This document shows, piece after piece, positions 47,134 to 56,479 of a DNA stretch of 64,000 nt. Source of the stretch: Gemmatimonadaceae bacterium (GTDB lineage: Bacteria > Gemmatimonadota > Gemmatimonadetes > Gemmatimonadales > Gemmatimonadaceae); contig JANPCH010000072.1 of assembly GCA_031430835.1 (NCBI GenBank), positions 4,866 to 68,865 on the forward strand, in the 5' to 3' direction. Below the pieces are notes generated by a model. It had not been told where the DNA came from. It made no database searches and saw nothing but the letters and a program-made list of their open reading frames with translations. Position 1 is the first letter of the stretch, and each line of letters opens with the position of its first letter. Position numbers and translations under genes: made by a program.

Positions 47134-48654
47134 TTAGACGAGGTGCGCCTCGACGGCCGCGGTCGCGCGTTTCACGAGTGCAGCAGTCGTGGCCACGAGA
47201 CGCGCGGCCTCATCGGCGAGTGGCGCGCCGGTTGCCCGATCCGGCATTGCGACCACGTTGATTCGCACGTTGTAGGCTGCGCCGCGACAGGCGGCCTCGG
47301 CGAGCAGCGCGGCGACACCAGCATCACTCACCGCATTCGAGTTGCCCTTCTCGGCGCACATCGCGGCGAGGTCCGCGACCTCGGAGCACCAGCGCGCCGT
47401 CTCGAGCGGCACCTCGGCGGCGTGCATCAATGCGGCCTGGATCGCGGCGTCGCGCGTGGTCCGCTGCTCGGCGGAATCCTTGGGGAGCTTGTAGGCATCG
47501 CTCACGAGCTTGTAGGCGGCGGCATCCTCGTCCTTCAGTTCGGAGAGGCGGCGCACCAAGTGGTTCGCCTGAAGGCCGATCTCCTTCATCTGGGACTCGA
47601 CGGCGGCGTACTTCTTCCGCCCGACGGTGAGGCCGGCGACCATCTGGACGAGGGCGGCGCCGAGAGAGCCCGCGAGCGCCGCGACCGTGCCGCCGCCGGG
47701 GACCGGTGCCGAGGACGCGACGGCTGCCGTGAAGCCCGCGAGCGATTCGCCGCCGGCGGCGGCGGAGCGCACCTGGCGTTCCAACACGGCGTCGGGTGTG
47801 TAGGCTCGCAGGCGAAGGTGGCGCGCCGCGGCCTCGAAGAGTGCGCGCTCCGGAACGAGCCCGACGATCTCACTCCACGTCGGCGTCACGCCCTGAGACT
47901 CAGCTTCCATCTTCACCATCTCGTACGCGCGATGCAACGGCGTCACGTCGAGGTCCACGAGGTTCATCGAGACCTGCGCCTGACCGTCGATCTCGAGTCC
48001 GAGACCCTTCACGGCCTTCAAGCCACCGGACGAACCGCGCACGGCCTTGGCGACGCTCTTGGCGACGGGAAGGTTCTCCTTGCCGCCCAAATAGACGTTG
48101 AAGGCGACGAGGAATGGACGAGCGCCGATGACGGTGGCGCCGGCGGTGGGGTGGATCTTGTTGGGTCCGTAGTCGGGTACGCGATTGGGGTTCGTGCCGA
48201 TCTCGAGCTTCGCCTGCTCGAACTCACCGCGCCGGATGTCGGCGAGGTTCACGCGGTCGGGCCGCGAAGCGGCGCGTTCGTAGAGGAAGACGGGGATCTG
48301 CAGTTCCTTGCCGACCCGTTCGCCCAGCGTCCGCGCGAGGACGATGCAGTCCTCCATCGAAGTCCCTTCGAGGGGGATGAAGGGGCAGACGTCGGTCGCG
48401 CCGATGCGCGGGTGCTCGCCGGTGTGGCCGTTGAGGTCGATGAGGCGCGCGGCGGTCGCGATGCCGGCATAGGCGGCCTCGACCGCGCGGTTGACCGGCG
48501 CGACGAAGGTGAGGACGGTGCGGTTATGCGAGGCGTCGCTGGAAACGTCGAGGATAACGGTGCCCTCGACGGCCGCGATCGCGTCACGGATGGCGGCGAC
48601 GACCTCGGGGCGACGGCCTTCGGAGAAGTTCGGGACGCACTCGACAAGGGACAC
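47134..48654 (-). CDS. ftcD: Bifunctional glutamate formimidoyltransferase / formimidoyl-THF cyclodeaminase
   Basis: VECVPNFSEGR, HNRTV, HPRIGATDVCPF; C-terminal PGGGTVAALAGSLG cyclodeaminase domain. Confidence 0.92.
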   Translation of the reverse strand: MSLVECVPNFSEGRRPEVVAAIRDAIAAVEGTVILDVSSDASHNRTVLTFVAPVNRAVEAAYAGIATAARLIDLNGHTGEHPRIGATDVCPFIPLEGTSMEDCIVLARTLGERVGKELQIPVFLYERAASRPDRVNLADIRRGEFEQAKLEIGTNPNRVPDYGPNKIHPTAGATVIGARPFLVAFNVYLGGKENLPVAKSVAKAVRGSSGGLKAVKGLGLEIDGQAQVSMNLVDLDVTPLHRAYEMVKMEAESQGVTPTWSEIVGLVPERALFEAAARHLRLRAYTPDAVLERQVRSAAAGGESLAGFTAAVASSAPVPGGGTVAALAGSLGAALVQMVAGLTVGRKKYAAVESQMKEIGLQANHLVRRLSELKDEDAAAYKLVSDAYKLPKDSAEQRTTRDAAIQAALMHAAEVPLETARWCSEVADLAAMCAEKGNSNAVSDAGVAALLAEAACRGAAYNVRINVVAMPDRATGAPLADEAARLVATTAALVKRATAAVEAHLV

Positions 48655-48733
48655 TGGCTCTGGTTGCTCCGTTGAAGGTCGCGAGGACTCAGCGTGGTTA
48701 GCAATCTATCGCGTTCGGCCGACGAACCGCCTG

Positions 48734-48869
48734 CCACCACAGAGGCACAGAGGGCCACGGAGAAGGGCAAATGCAACCAAATGGGGGGAACTGCGCGTGT
48801 CCTTTGGCGCGCAGTTCCCCCAAGTCTTTCGCGGTTCTCTGTGGCCCCTCTGTGCCTCTGGTGGTGAAC
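48734..48869. repeat. Family B palindromic element (CACAGAGG arms)
   Basis: CCACCACAGAGGCACAGAGGGCCACGGAGAA...GGGGGGAACTGCGCG/CGCGCAGTTCCCCC...TTCTCTGTGGCCCCTCTGTGCCTCTGGTGGTGAAC. Confidence 0.85.
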
Positions 48870-48877
48870 GCCGTTCG

Positions 48878-49681
48878 CTAGAGCTGCCGCAGGAGCCAGT
48901 CGTGCATCGCGGGGTTCCCAGCAACGACGGAGGATGGACCCAGGGCACGGAGGTGCGCGCCGGACTCTTCGGTGGCGACGCCACCGGCCTCCCGCACGAG
49001 CAGCATTCCCGCAGCGAAGTCCCACGGCGACAAGGCCGTCTCCCAGAAGGCATCGAACCGCCCCGCTGCGACGCTCGCCAAGTCGAGACTCGCCGCCCCG
49101 GGGCGCCTCACTCCGGAGACCTGCGCCATCACCCGCGACATCTGCGCCTGGTAGGCCGGGATGTCACCGGCATCCTTGAAGGGGAAGCCGGTGCCGACCA
49201 GGGCGCGCTGCGGATCGGTGATCGTGGAGACGCGGCAGGGGTGGTCGCCGAGGAAGGTGCCGCCACCAGCGGTCGCGGTGAAGCACTCATTCCCTGGCAC
49301 GTCGAATACGACCGCGGCGACCGGTTCCCCGTCGGAAAGCACGGCGATCGAGACCGCGTACTCGGGATATCCGTGCAGGAAATTCGTCGTGCCGTCGAGG
49401 GGGTCGATGACGACCGCGAGGCCCTTCGCCAGCCGCGCGGGCGCCACGCTCGACGCCGTCTCCTCGGCGAGCACCGTCGCCGCGGGGAGCTCGCGCGAGA
49501 CGATCCCGAGGATGCGTTCCTCGGCGGCCAAGTCGACCTCACTCACGAAGTCGGTCGGCGACTTGGCGCGCCAGTCGATCGTACGGACGCGGGGCGCCGC
49601 CTCCCGGATCACGCTCGCGGCGGCGTCGGCCGCGCGCCGCAGGATCGCAAGCAGTTCCCGGTGCTCAGGTTGTGAGGCCAT
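48878..49681 (-). CDS. suhB: Inositol monophosphatase family (SuhB-like)
   Basis: DFVSEVD, IDPLDGTTNF, RRPGAASLDL, WDFAAG. Confidence 0.88.
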   Translation of the reverse strand: MASQPEHRELLAILRRAADAAASVIREAAPRVRTIDWRAKSPTDFVSEVDLAAEERILGIVSRELPAATVLAEETASSVAPARLAKGLAVVIDPLDGTTNFLHGYPEYAVSIAVLSDGEPVAAVVFDVPGNECFTATAGGGTFLGDHPCRVSTITDPQRALVGTGFPFKDAGDIPAYQAQMSRVMAQVSGVRRPGAASLDLASVAAGRFDAFWETALSPWDFAAGMLLVREAGGVATEESGAHLRALGPSSVVAGNPAMHDWLLRQL

Positions 49682-49698
49682 CCGACGCTCCCTAACTT
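49670..49698 (+). promoter_or_regulatory. Putative promoter for a leaderless trpS transcript
   Basis: TTGTGA-17 bp-TAACTT; trpS ATG lies 7 nt downstream. Confidence 0.5.
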
Positions 49699-49705
49699 CT
49701 GAGGA

Positions 49706-50698
49706 ATGGCGCGCATCTTCAGCGGGATCCAGCCCTCCGGCGAACTGCACATCGGCAACTACCTCGGGGCGGTGAAGAACTGGACCCTGCTGCAGCACCA
49801 GCACGAGTCGTTCTTCTGCATCGTAAACTATCACGCGATCACCATCCCCTACGCGGTGGAGGAGCTGCGCCGGCGCACACGCGAGATGGCGATCTCCCTC
49901 TTCGCCGCTGGCCTCGACCCCGCGAAGTGCGTGGTCTTCGTCCAATCGGATGTGCCCGAGCACACCGAACTCGCTTGGATCTTCAATACCATCACCCCCC
50001 TCGGCGAACTCGAGCGGCAGGTGCAGTTCAAGGACAAGGCGGGGCGGCAGGAGCAGGTGATGGCGGGCCTGCTCAACTATCCGGTGCTGCAGGCGGCCGA
50101 CATCCTCCTCTACCTCGCCGATACCGTGCCCGTAGGAGAGGATCAGGTGCAGCATCTCGAACTCTCGCGCGTCGTCGCTCGCAACTGGAACACGCGGTTC
50201 TCACCCGACGCCCCTTTCTTCCCCGAGCCTCAGCCGAAGCTTACGCCGACGCGCCGGATCGTGGGACTCGATGGGAACGCGAAGATGTCGAAGTCTCTTG
50301 GGAACACCATCGGCCTGCTTGAGACGCCGGAGCAGATCTGGGAGAAGCTCCGCCCAGCGGTGACCGACCCCGCGCGACAGCGGAAGAGCGATCCAGGCGA
50401 GCCCGACAAGTGCAAGACGATCTATGAGCTCCACAAGGCCTTCTCCCCGGCCGCAACGGTGCAGGAGGTCGAGGAGAACTGTCGCGGCGCGAAGTGGGGG
50501 TGCATCGACTGCAAGAAGGTGCTGCACGCGAACCTGGTTGCGGAGCTGACCCCGATCCGCACGCGGGCCGAGGTGCTCGCGGCGACGCCGGGAAAGGTGG
50601 ATGCGCTTCTCGCGGAGGGGGCGGTGCGGGCGCAGGCTGTGGCGCACGCGACGATGACCACTGTCAAGCAACGGATGGGACTCGATGCAATTCAATGA
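49706..50698 (+). CDS. trpS: Tryptophan--tRNA ligase
   Basis: SGIQPSGELHIGNY, YPVLQAADIL, KMSKS. Confidence 0.98.
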   Translation: MARIFSGIQPSGELHIGNYLGAVKNWTLLQHQHESFFCIVNYHAITIPYAVEELRRRTREMAISLFAAGLDPAKCVVFVQSDVPEHTELAWIFNTITPLGELERQVQFKDKAGRQEQVMAGLLNYPVLQAADILLYLADTVPVGEDQVQHLELSRVVARNWNTRFSPDAPFFPEPQPKLTPTRRIVGLDGNAKMSKSLGNTIGLLETPEQIWEKLRPAVTDPARQRKSDPGEPDKCKTIYELHKAFSPAATVQEVEENCRGAKWGCIDCKKVLHANLVAELTPIRTRAEVLAATPGKVDALLAEGAVRAQAVAHATMTTVKQRMGLDAIQ

Positions 50699-51278
50699 TC
50701 TGATCATCGAGGCGTTCCGTCTCGACCTTGCCGCCAAGATCGTGATCGCCGTCCTCGCGGGGGGCGGGGTGGGGCTTGAGCGAGAGCTCAAGGGGAAGCC
50801 GGCCGGCCTGCGCACGAACATCCTGATCTGCGTTGGCTCAGCGATCCTGATGGATCTCTCGATGGGGATCGCCGAGACGCACGGCGGTGATCCGGCTCGA
50901 ATCGCGGCGCAGGTGGTGACGGGGATCGGCTTCCTCGGCGCAGGGACTATCCTCCACACACGAGGGATGATCACCGGGCTGACCTCGGCGGCGACGATCT
51001 GGGTGGTGTCGGCGATCGGTCTCACCATCGGCGCGGGCTACTTCGTCGAAGCGCTCGGGTCGACGGTCGCGGTGATGATCATCCTGATCGGGCTTGGCTG
51101 GGTGGAGGGGCGATTCATGGCGAACGTTCACGATCAGCAGAACGGGGTCCCGGGAGAGGATTGGGCGGCGCGGAGCGGACGCCGGGCGACCGACCGGCGT
51201 GGGATGCATCCGTCGGATCCGACGGGTGAGCAGGCAGTGGTGCCGCCGCCGGCGCCGACGCGCCGCGGCGACGACTGA
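50685..51278 (+). CDS. MgtC/SapB family membrane protein
   Basis: GLERE..KPAGLRT, RIAAQVVTGIGFLGAG, GLTSAATIW. Confidence 0.92.
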   Translation: MQFNDLIIEAFRLDLAAKIVIAVLAGGGVGLERELKGKPAGLRTNILICVGSAILMDLSMGIAETHGGDPARIAAQVVTGIGFLGAGTILHTRGMITGLTSAATIWVVSAIGLTIGAGYFVEALGSTVAVMIILIGLGWVEGRFMANVHDQQNGVPGEDWAARSGRRATDRRGMHPSDPTGEQAVVPPPAPTRRGDD

Positions 51279-51290
51279 GGACGGAACTCA

Positions 51291-52385
51291 ATGGAGAAGA
51301 TCATCAAGGCGGCGGTCGAACGCGGCGCATCCGACCTCCACATCAAGGCGGGCGACGTCTTCCGGGCACGGATCGACGGACGCCTCGTGCCCCTCACGAA
51401 ACAGGCCCTCACCCCCGACCAGACGCGGAACATCGCGCTGCGGCTGATCGCCAACGAGGATGACAAGGCGCGACTCGACAAGCTCCAGGACTACGACTGT
51501 TCCTGGGGCGCGCCGGGGATCGGCCGATTCCGAGTGAACATCCTCCGCCAGCGTTCGAGCTTCATGATCGTGATGCGGGTGATCCCCTTCGAGGTGCCGA
51601 GTTTCGACAAGCTCGGCGTGCCGCCGGTCCTGAAGGTGGTGTCGGAGGCGGAACGGGGGATGATCCTGGTCACCGGGGAGTCGGGGTCGGGGAAGAGCAC
51701 GACGATGGCGGCCCTGATCAACCACATCAACCAGCACTTCAACAAGCACATCGTCACGCTCGAGAATCCGATCGAGTTCCTTCACCGCGACCTGCAGAGC
51801 TCGGTGACGCAGCGGGAGATCGGGGTGGACACCGAGAGTTTCCGGGTCGGACTCCAGGCGGCACTCCGGCAGGATCCCGACGTCGTGTTGATCGGCGAGA
51901 TGCGCGACACCGAGACGCTCGACACGGCGATGAAGGCGGCGGAGACCGGACACGTCGTGGTCTCGACGATGCCGACATCGGACGCGCAGGGGACCGTGTT
52001 GCGGATCCTCGCGATGTTCACTCCCGAAGAGCAAGACGCGGCGCGCGTGCGTCTGGCCGAGTCCCTGTACGCCGTCGTCTCCCAACGCCTGCTGCCTCGC
52101 GCCGACGGGAAGGGGCGCGTGGCCGCGCTCGAAGTGATGATCGTGACGCCGGCGATCCGAGAGTTGATCCTCGATCGAGAGCACGTCGCCGAGATCCGCG
52201 ACCTGATCGCCGCGGGGCGCGAGCAGTTCGGGACCCAGACCCTCGACCAGCACCTCGAGGAGCTCGTCACCACCGGGATCGTGGACTACAACATCGCCCT
52301 CTCGGCGAGCGCGCGGCCCGCGGAGTTCCAGAAATCGCCGGCGATGAAGAAGGCCGCGGCGAAGTCCCGCGGAGCGGAGCGGTGA
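51291..52385 (+). CDS. PilT/PilU-like type IV pilus ATPase with non-canonical Asp and His boxes
   Basis: ASDLHI, GRFRVN, GESGSGKSTT, ALRQDPDVVLIGEMRD. Confidence 0.88.
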   Translation: MEKIIKAAVERGASDLHIKAGDVFRARIDGRLVPLTKQALTPDQTRNIALRLIANEDDKARLDKLQDYDCSWGAPGIGRFRVNILRQRSSFMIVMRVIPFEVPSFDKLGVPPVLKVVSEAERGMILVTGESGSGKSTTMAALINHINQHFNKHIVTLENPIEFLHRDLQSSVTQREIGVDTESFRVGLQAALRQDPDVVLIGEMRDTETLDTAMKAAETGHVVVSTMPTSDAQGTVLRILAMFTPEEQDAARVRLAESLYAVVSQRLLPRADGKGRVAALEVMIVTPAIRELILDREHVAEIRDLIAAGREQFGTQTLDQHLEELVTTGIVDYNIALSASARPAEFQKSPAMKKAAAKSRGAER

Positions 52386-53260
52386 CGCGGCGACTCGAAG
52401 GGATCTTCGCGCCGGTCATCACGCCCTTCGTTGCGGGCACCGAGGCGATCGACCTCGAGGGGTTCGCTGCGAACCTGAGAGCCCACGTCGCGGATGGGCT
52501 CGCCGGGATAGTGCTCGCCGGCTCGTCGGGAGAGGCGCCGCTGCTGAGCGAGGAGGAGCGGGTCGAGCTCACCGAGACGGCGCGCGACATCGTGCCGCGC
52601 GATCGGTGGCTCATCGTCGGATGCGGGGGCGAATCGACCAGGCAAACGGTGGCGCGGTGCAAGGCGGCGGCACTGGCGGGCGCCGACGCCGCGCTCGTCG
52701 TCGCGCCGCACTACTACGCCACGTCGATGAACCGCGACGCGCTCGCGGCGCACTACGGTCGCGTCGCGGACGCTTCGCCGATCCCGATCATCCTCTATAA
52801 CATCCCGAAGTACATGCACTTCGCGCTGCCCCCCGACCTCGTGATGGACCTCGCGCGACACGGGAACGTGATCGGGCTCAAGGACAGCTCGGGGGACCTG
52901 GCGAGCAACAAGGGATTCGTCGCCGCGCAGAGCGACACGTTCTCGTTCATCACCGGGAGCGGGTCGAGCTTCCTCGGGGCGCTGGAGCTGGGCGCGCGGG
53001 GTGGGATCCTTGCGGTGTCGCTCTTCGCAGCTCAGCTCACGAAGGAAGTGTTCGCCGCGCACCGCGCGGGTGATCCGGCGCGCGCGGCTGCAGCGCAGGC
53101 CAAGCTCAAGCCGATGGCGGACGTGATCGTGGCGAAGCTAGGCGTGCCGGGGGTGAAGGCGGCGGTTTCGCACGTCGGGCGGGTCGGGGGCGTACCGCGA
53201 TCGCCGCTACTGCCGCTCAGCGACGCGCAAACGTCGGAGATCCAGGCGCTTCTCGCGTAA
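52382..53260 (+). CDS. DHDPS/NAL-family aldolase (substrate unassigned)
   Basis: GSSGE, LYNIP, GLKDSSG (Schiff-base Lys). Confidence 0.88.
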   Translation: MTRRLEGIFAPVITPFVAGTEAIDLEGFAANLRAHVADGLAGIVLAGSSGEAPLLSEEERVELTETARDIVPRDRWLIVGCGGESTRQTVARCKAAALAGADAALVVAPHYYATSMNRDALAAHYGRVADASPIPIILYNIPKYMHFALPPDLVMDLARHGNVIGLKDSSGDLASNKGFVAAQSDTFSFITGSGSSFLGALELGARGGILAVSLFAAQLTKEVFAAHRAGDPARAAAAQAKLKPMADVIVAKLGVPGVKAAVSHVGRVGGVPRSPLLPLSDAQTSEIQALLA

Positions 53261-53274
53261 CTGAAAGCACGGCT

Positions 53275-53388
53275 CACCACGAAGACACGAAGCACACGAA
53301 GGAGCAGCCCGCTACAACGGCTGGGGGGACTATGTCTCGCCGGCTGCGCGTAGTTCCCCCAGTGGTCGATTCGCTTCGTGTTCTTCGT
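53275..53388. repeat. Family B palindromic element (CACGAAG arms; right arm shorter)
   Basis: CACCACGAAGACACGAAGCACACGAAG...GGGGGGACTA/TAGTTCCCCC...CTTCGTGTTCTTCGT. Confidence 0.8.
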
Positions 53389-53408
53389 CTAACTCGGGTC
53401 CACACTGT

Positions 53409-53618
53409 TCACGACGTTGGTGGCCGGATCTCGACGCGATTCTGAACGCGCGTGATCCGCAAGCCGACCGAACGCACGAGCCTCCAGCCGTCACCGACGA
53501 CGACACGAGGAGGAGCGGCCAGAGCCTGGCGAGCCTGTCCGACGCGGTGGAGCACGCCGACGGTGTCGGGCGCCGGGAGCGGTGAGGCCGCGAGCAGCAA
53601 TGAGAGCAGGAATGGCAT
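53409..53618 (-). CDS. Small hypothetical protein with a signal-peptide-like N-terminus
   Basis: MPFLLSLLLAASPLPAPDT...; fills the gap divergent from purA. Confidence 0.4.
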   Translation of the reverse strand: MPFLLSLLLAASPLPAPDTVGVLHRVGQARQALAAPPRVVVGDGWRLVRSVGLRITRVQNRVEIRPPTS

Positions 53619-53658
53619 CGTGGGGACGATGGTACGCGTGGCCGCCGCCGTCCACCGT

Positions 53659-53727
53659 TTGCTGCGACGGGTGTGACAGCGTAGATTCTTCCAACGCCCC
53701 GACGACCGGGGCGTTTTTTGTGCCCCG
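53659..53727 (+). promoter_or_regulatory. purA promoter and short leader with alternative hairpins
   Basis: TTGCTG-17 bp-TAGATT; AACGCCCCG-ACGAC-CGGGGCGTT-TTTT; a second GCCCCG at 53722-53727. Confidence 0.5.
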
Positions 53728-53737
53728 ACAACTCCGA

Positions 53738-55024
53738 ATGTTCGACACCAAGACCCGCACCATCGTTATCGTCGGCGCCCAATGGGGCGATGAGGGGAAG
53801 GGGAAACTCGTCGACGTTATCGCCGAGCGCGCCGATTGGGTCGTCCGCTACCAAGGGGGCGCGAACGCCGGGCACACGGTGCACGTCGGGGACGAGTCCA
53901 CGGTGCTGCATCAGGTGCCGAGCGGCATCCTGCAGCCCGGCGTGCGCTGCGCGATCGGGAATGGCGTGGTGCTCGACCCCGAGAGTCTGTTCGAGGAAGT
54001 GGACGCGCTCGTCAAGAACGGGGTGGATGTCGCGGGCCGACTCTATCTCAGCGACCGCGCGCACCTCGTGATGCCCTACCACAAGCTCGTGGACAAGGAG
54101 AGCGCCGCGAGCAAGGCGATCGGGACCACGGGGCGGGGGATCGGACCGGCGTACGAAGACAAGGTCGCGCGCCGTGGGATCCGGGTGCTCGACCTACGGC
54201 ACCCGGCGCGCCTCAAGGCGCTGGTGGAGAAAGGCACCCAACACGCGAACCACATCCTGCTGGGCTTCGGTTCGGCCAAGCGCGCGGATGCGGCGTTCAC
54301 GCTCTCGGAACTGGAGCGGATCGCGCCCCGCCTTCTCGCGATCGCCGAGGATGTCGGACTCGCCGTCTACCGCGCCCAGAAGCAGGGCGCGGCGATCCTC
54401 CTCGAAGGGGCGCAGGGCTCGCTCCTCGACGTGGATCACGGGACCTACCCGTTCGTGACGTCGTCCAATACGACCGCCGGAGGCGCCGCGATCGGCGTCG
54501 GGATCGGACCGCGGAGCATCGACGCCGCGCTTGGCGTGGTGAAGGCCTATACGACGCGCGTGGGCGCCGGCCCGCTTCCCACCGAGTTCGACGAGGCGAT
54601 GAGCGAGCGGGTGCGCAAGTTGGGCAATGAGTTCGGCGCGACGACGGGTCGTCCGCGCCGCTGCGGTTGGTTCGACGCGGTCGTCGTGCGCTACGCGGTG
54701 CGCGTGAACGGCCTGAGCGCGCTCGCGGTGACGAAGCTCGACGTGCTCGACACGCTCGAACGGATCGGCCTTTGCACCGGCTATCGGATCGCTGGCGCGC
54801 TCGTCTCGGAGTTCCCCGGCGACATCGCCGACTTGGAGGGGATCGAGCCGGTCTATGAGTGGTTCGAGGGGTGGAAGTCCTCGACCGGTGCGGCGCGAAC
54901 CCTCGATGCCCTTCCGAGGCAGGCCCGCGCGTATCTCGACAGGATCCAGGAGCTGGTCGAGTGCCCGGCGCAGTATGTGAGCGTGGGGACGCGGCGGGAG
55001 CAGATCATAGGACTGCAGATGTGA
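53738..55024 (+). CDS. purA: Adenylosuccinate synthetase
   Basis: GAQWGDEGKGK, GGANAGHT, EGAQG.LLD.DHGTYPFVTSS, TTGRPRRCGWFD. Confidence 0.98.
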   Translation: MFDTKTRTIVIVGAQWGDEGKGKLVDVIAERADWVVRYQGGANAGHTVHVGDESTVLHQVPSGILQPGVRCAIGNGVVLDPESLFEEVDALVKNGVDVAGRLYLSDRAHLVMPYHKLVDKESAASKAIGTTGRGIGPAYEDKVARRGIRVLDLRHPARLKALVEKGTQHANHILLGFGSAKRADAAFTLSELERIAPRLLAIAEDVGLAVYRAQKQGAAILLEGAQGSLLDVDHGTYPFVTSSNTTAGGAAIGVGIGPRSIDAALGVVKAYTTRVGAGPLPTEFDEAMSERVRKLGNEFGATTGRPRRCGWFDAVVVRYAVRVNGLSALAVTKLDVLDTLERIGLCTGYRIAGALVSEFPGDIADLEGIEPVYEWFEGWKSSTGAARTLDALPRQARAYLDRIQELVECPAQYVSVGTRREQIIGLQM

Positions 55025-55120
55025 GAGGGGAGATGGGAGAGGTGAGCGCACTACGGCGAGCACGCCCACCCCAGCGTTAGATTCTCCCTCACATCTCCCA
55101 TCTCACCTCTCCCATCTGTG
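55012..55120. repeat. Family A element spanning the whole purA-glyQS intergenic region
   Basis: ACTGCAGATGTGAGAGGGGAGATGGGAGAGGTGAG...CTCACATCTCCCATCTCACCTCTCCCATCTGTG. Confidence 0.8.
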
Positions 55121-56479
55121 TCGATAGAAAACCTCGTCAGCCTCTCGAAGAGGCGCGGCTTCATCTTCCAGTCCTCCGAGATCTACGGCGGCACCGGATC
55201 GGTGTGGGACTACGGCCCCCTCGGCGTCGAGCTGAAGAACAACGTCAAGACGCGCTGGTGGAACGCGATGGTGCGGGAGCGCGATGACGTCGAGGGGCTC
55301 GACGCGGCGATCCTGATGCACCCACGCGTTTGGGAGGCCTCGGGTCACGTCGCTGGGTTCTCAGACCCATTGATCGACTGCAAGACCTGCAAGGCGCGCT
55401 TCCGCGCCGACAAGCTCGCCGACGCCCAGTGCCCTCGGAAGCCGAGCAAGAAGCCGGGGGAGGGCGCCGACTGCCAGCTCACCGAGCCGCGGCAGTTCAA
55501 CCTGATGTTCAAGACCTTCATGGGCCCGGTCGAGGATTCGGCCGCGGTGGTCTACCTGCGCCCAGAGACGGCGCAGGGGATCTTCGTGAACTTCCTGAAC
55601 GTCCAGCAGGCGACGCGGCAGAAGGTGCCCTTCGGCATCGCCCAGATCGGCAAGGCGTTCCGCAACGAGATCACCCCCGGGAACTTCACCTTCCGGACGC
55701 GCGAGTTCGAGCAGATGGAGATGCAGTTCTTCGTCGAGCCCGGCACCGACATGGAGTGGTTCGAGAAGTGGAAGCAGTGGCGCCTCGACTGGCACCTCGG
55801 GCTGGGCTTGGATCGCGCGCGACTCGAGTTCCACCAACACACCGAGAAGGAACTCGCGCACTACGCCCGGGCCGCTTTCGACATCAACTTCGACTTCGGC
55901 GATTCATTGGGATTCCAGGAGATCGAGGGAGTGCACAACCGCTCCGACTTCGACCTCAAGCAGCACCAGGAGTTCAGCTCGAAGAAGCTCGAGTACGTGG
56001 ATCAGGTGAAGAACACGCGATACCTCCCCTATGTCATCGAAACGTCGGTCGGTGCCGACCGCGTGACGCTCGCGGTGATGGTCAACGCGATGCGCGAGGA
56101 GGCTGTTCCCGGCGAGACCGAGGGCCGCACCGTGATGGGCTTCCATCCCGCACTCGCGCCGATAAAAGCGGGGATCTTCCCGCTGACCAAGAAGGAGGGC
56201 CAGCCCGAGATGGCGGAGCGCCTCGCGGCCGCGCTGCGCAAGCGCTTCAACGTCTTCTACGACGAGGCCGGCGCGATCGGACGCCGCTATCGGCGACAGG
56301 ACGAGGCGGGGACGCCCTTCGGCATCACGATCGACAGTGACTCGACGAAGAACGATGACGTGACGATCCGCTTCCGCGACGACATGGGGCAGATCCGTGT
56401 GTCGTCGTCGCAAGTGACCGAAGTACTGACGCGCTACCTCGACGCGGACCACGTGCGCGCCGAGTCCACGCTCGCGTGA
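55118..56479 (+). CDS. glyQS: Glycine--tRNA ligase, alpha2 (GlyQS) type
   Basis: [48 protein letters not shown]. Confidence 0.96.
   Translation: MSIENLVSLSKRRGFIFQSSEIYGGTGSVWDYGPLGVELKNNVKTRWWNAMVRERDDVEGLDAAILMHPRVWEASGHVAGFSDPLIDCKTCKARFRADKLADAQCPRKPSKKPGEGADCQLTEPRQFNLMFKTFMGPVEDSAAVVYLRPETAQGIFVNFLNVQQATRQKVPFGIAQIGKAFRNEITPGNFTFRTREFEQMEMQFFVEPGTDMEWFEKWKQWRLDWHLGLGLDRARLEFHQHTEKELAHYARAAFDINFDFGDSLGFQEIEGVHNRSDFDLKQHQEFSSKKLEYVDQVKNTRYLPYVIETSVGADRVTLAVMVNAMREEAVPGETEGRTVMGFHPALAPIKAGIFPLTKKEGQPEMAERLAAALRKRFNVFYDEAGAIGRRYRRQDEAGTPFGITIDSDSTKNDDVTIRFRDDMGQIRVSSSQVTEVLTRYLDADHVRAESTLA

Noticed and set aside
47134-48654. Fused eukaryote-like FTCD as novel
   Set aside because: Bifunctional FtcD is already known in bacteria.
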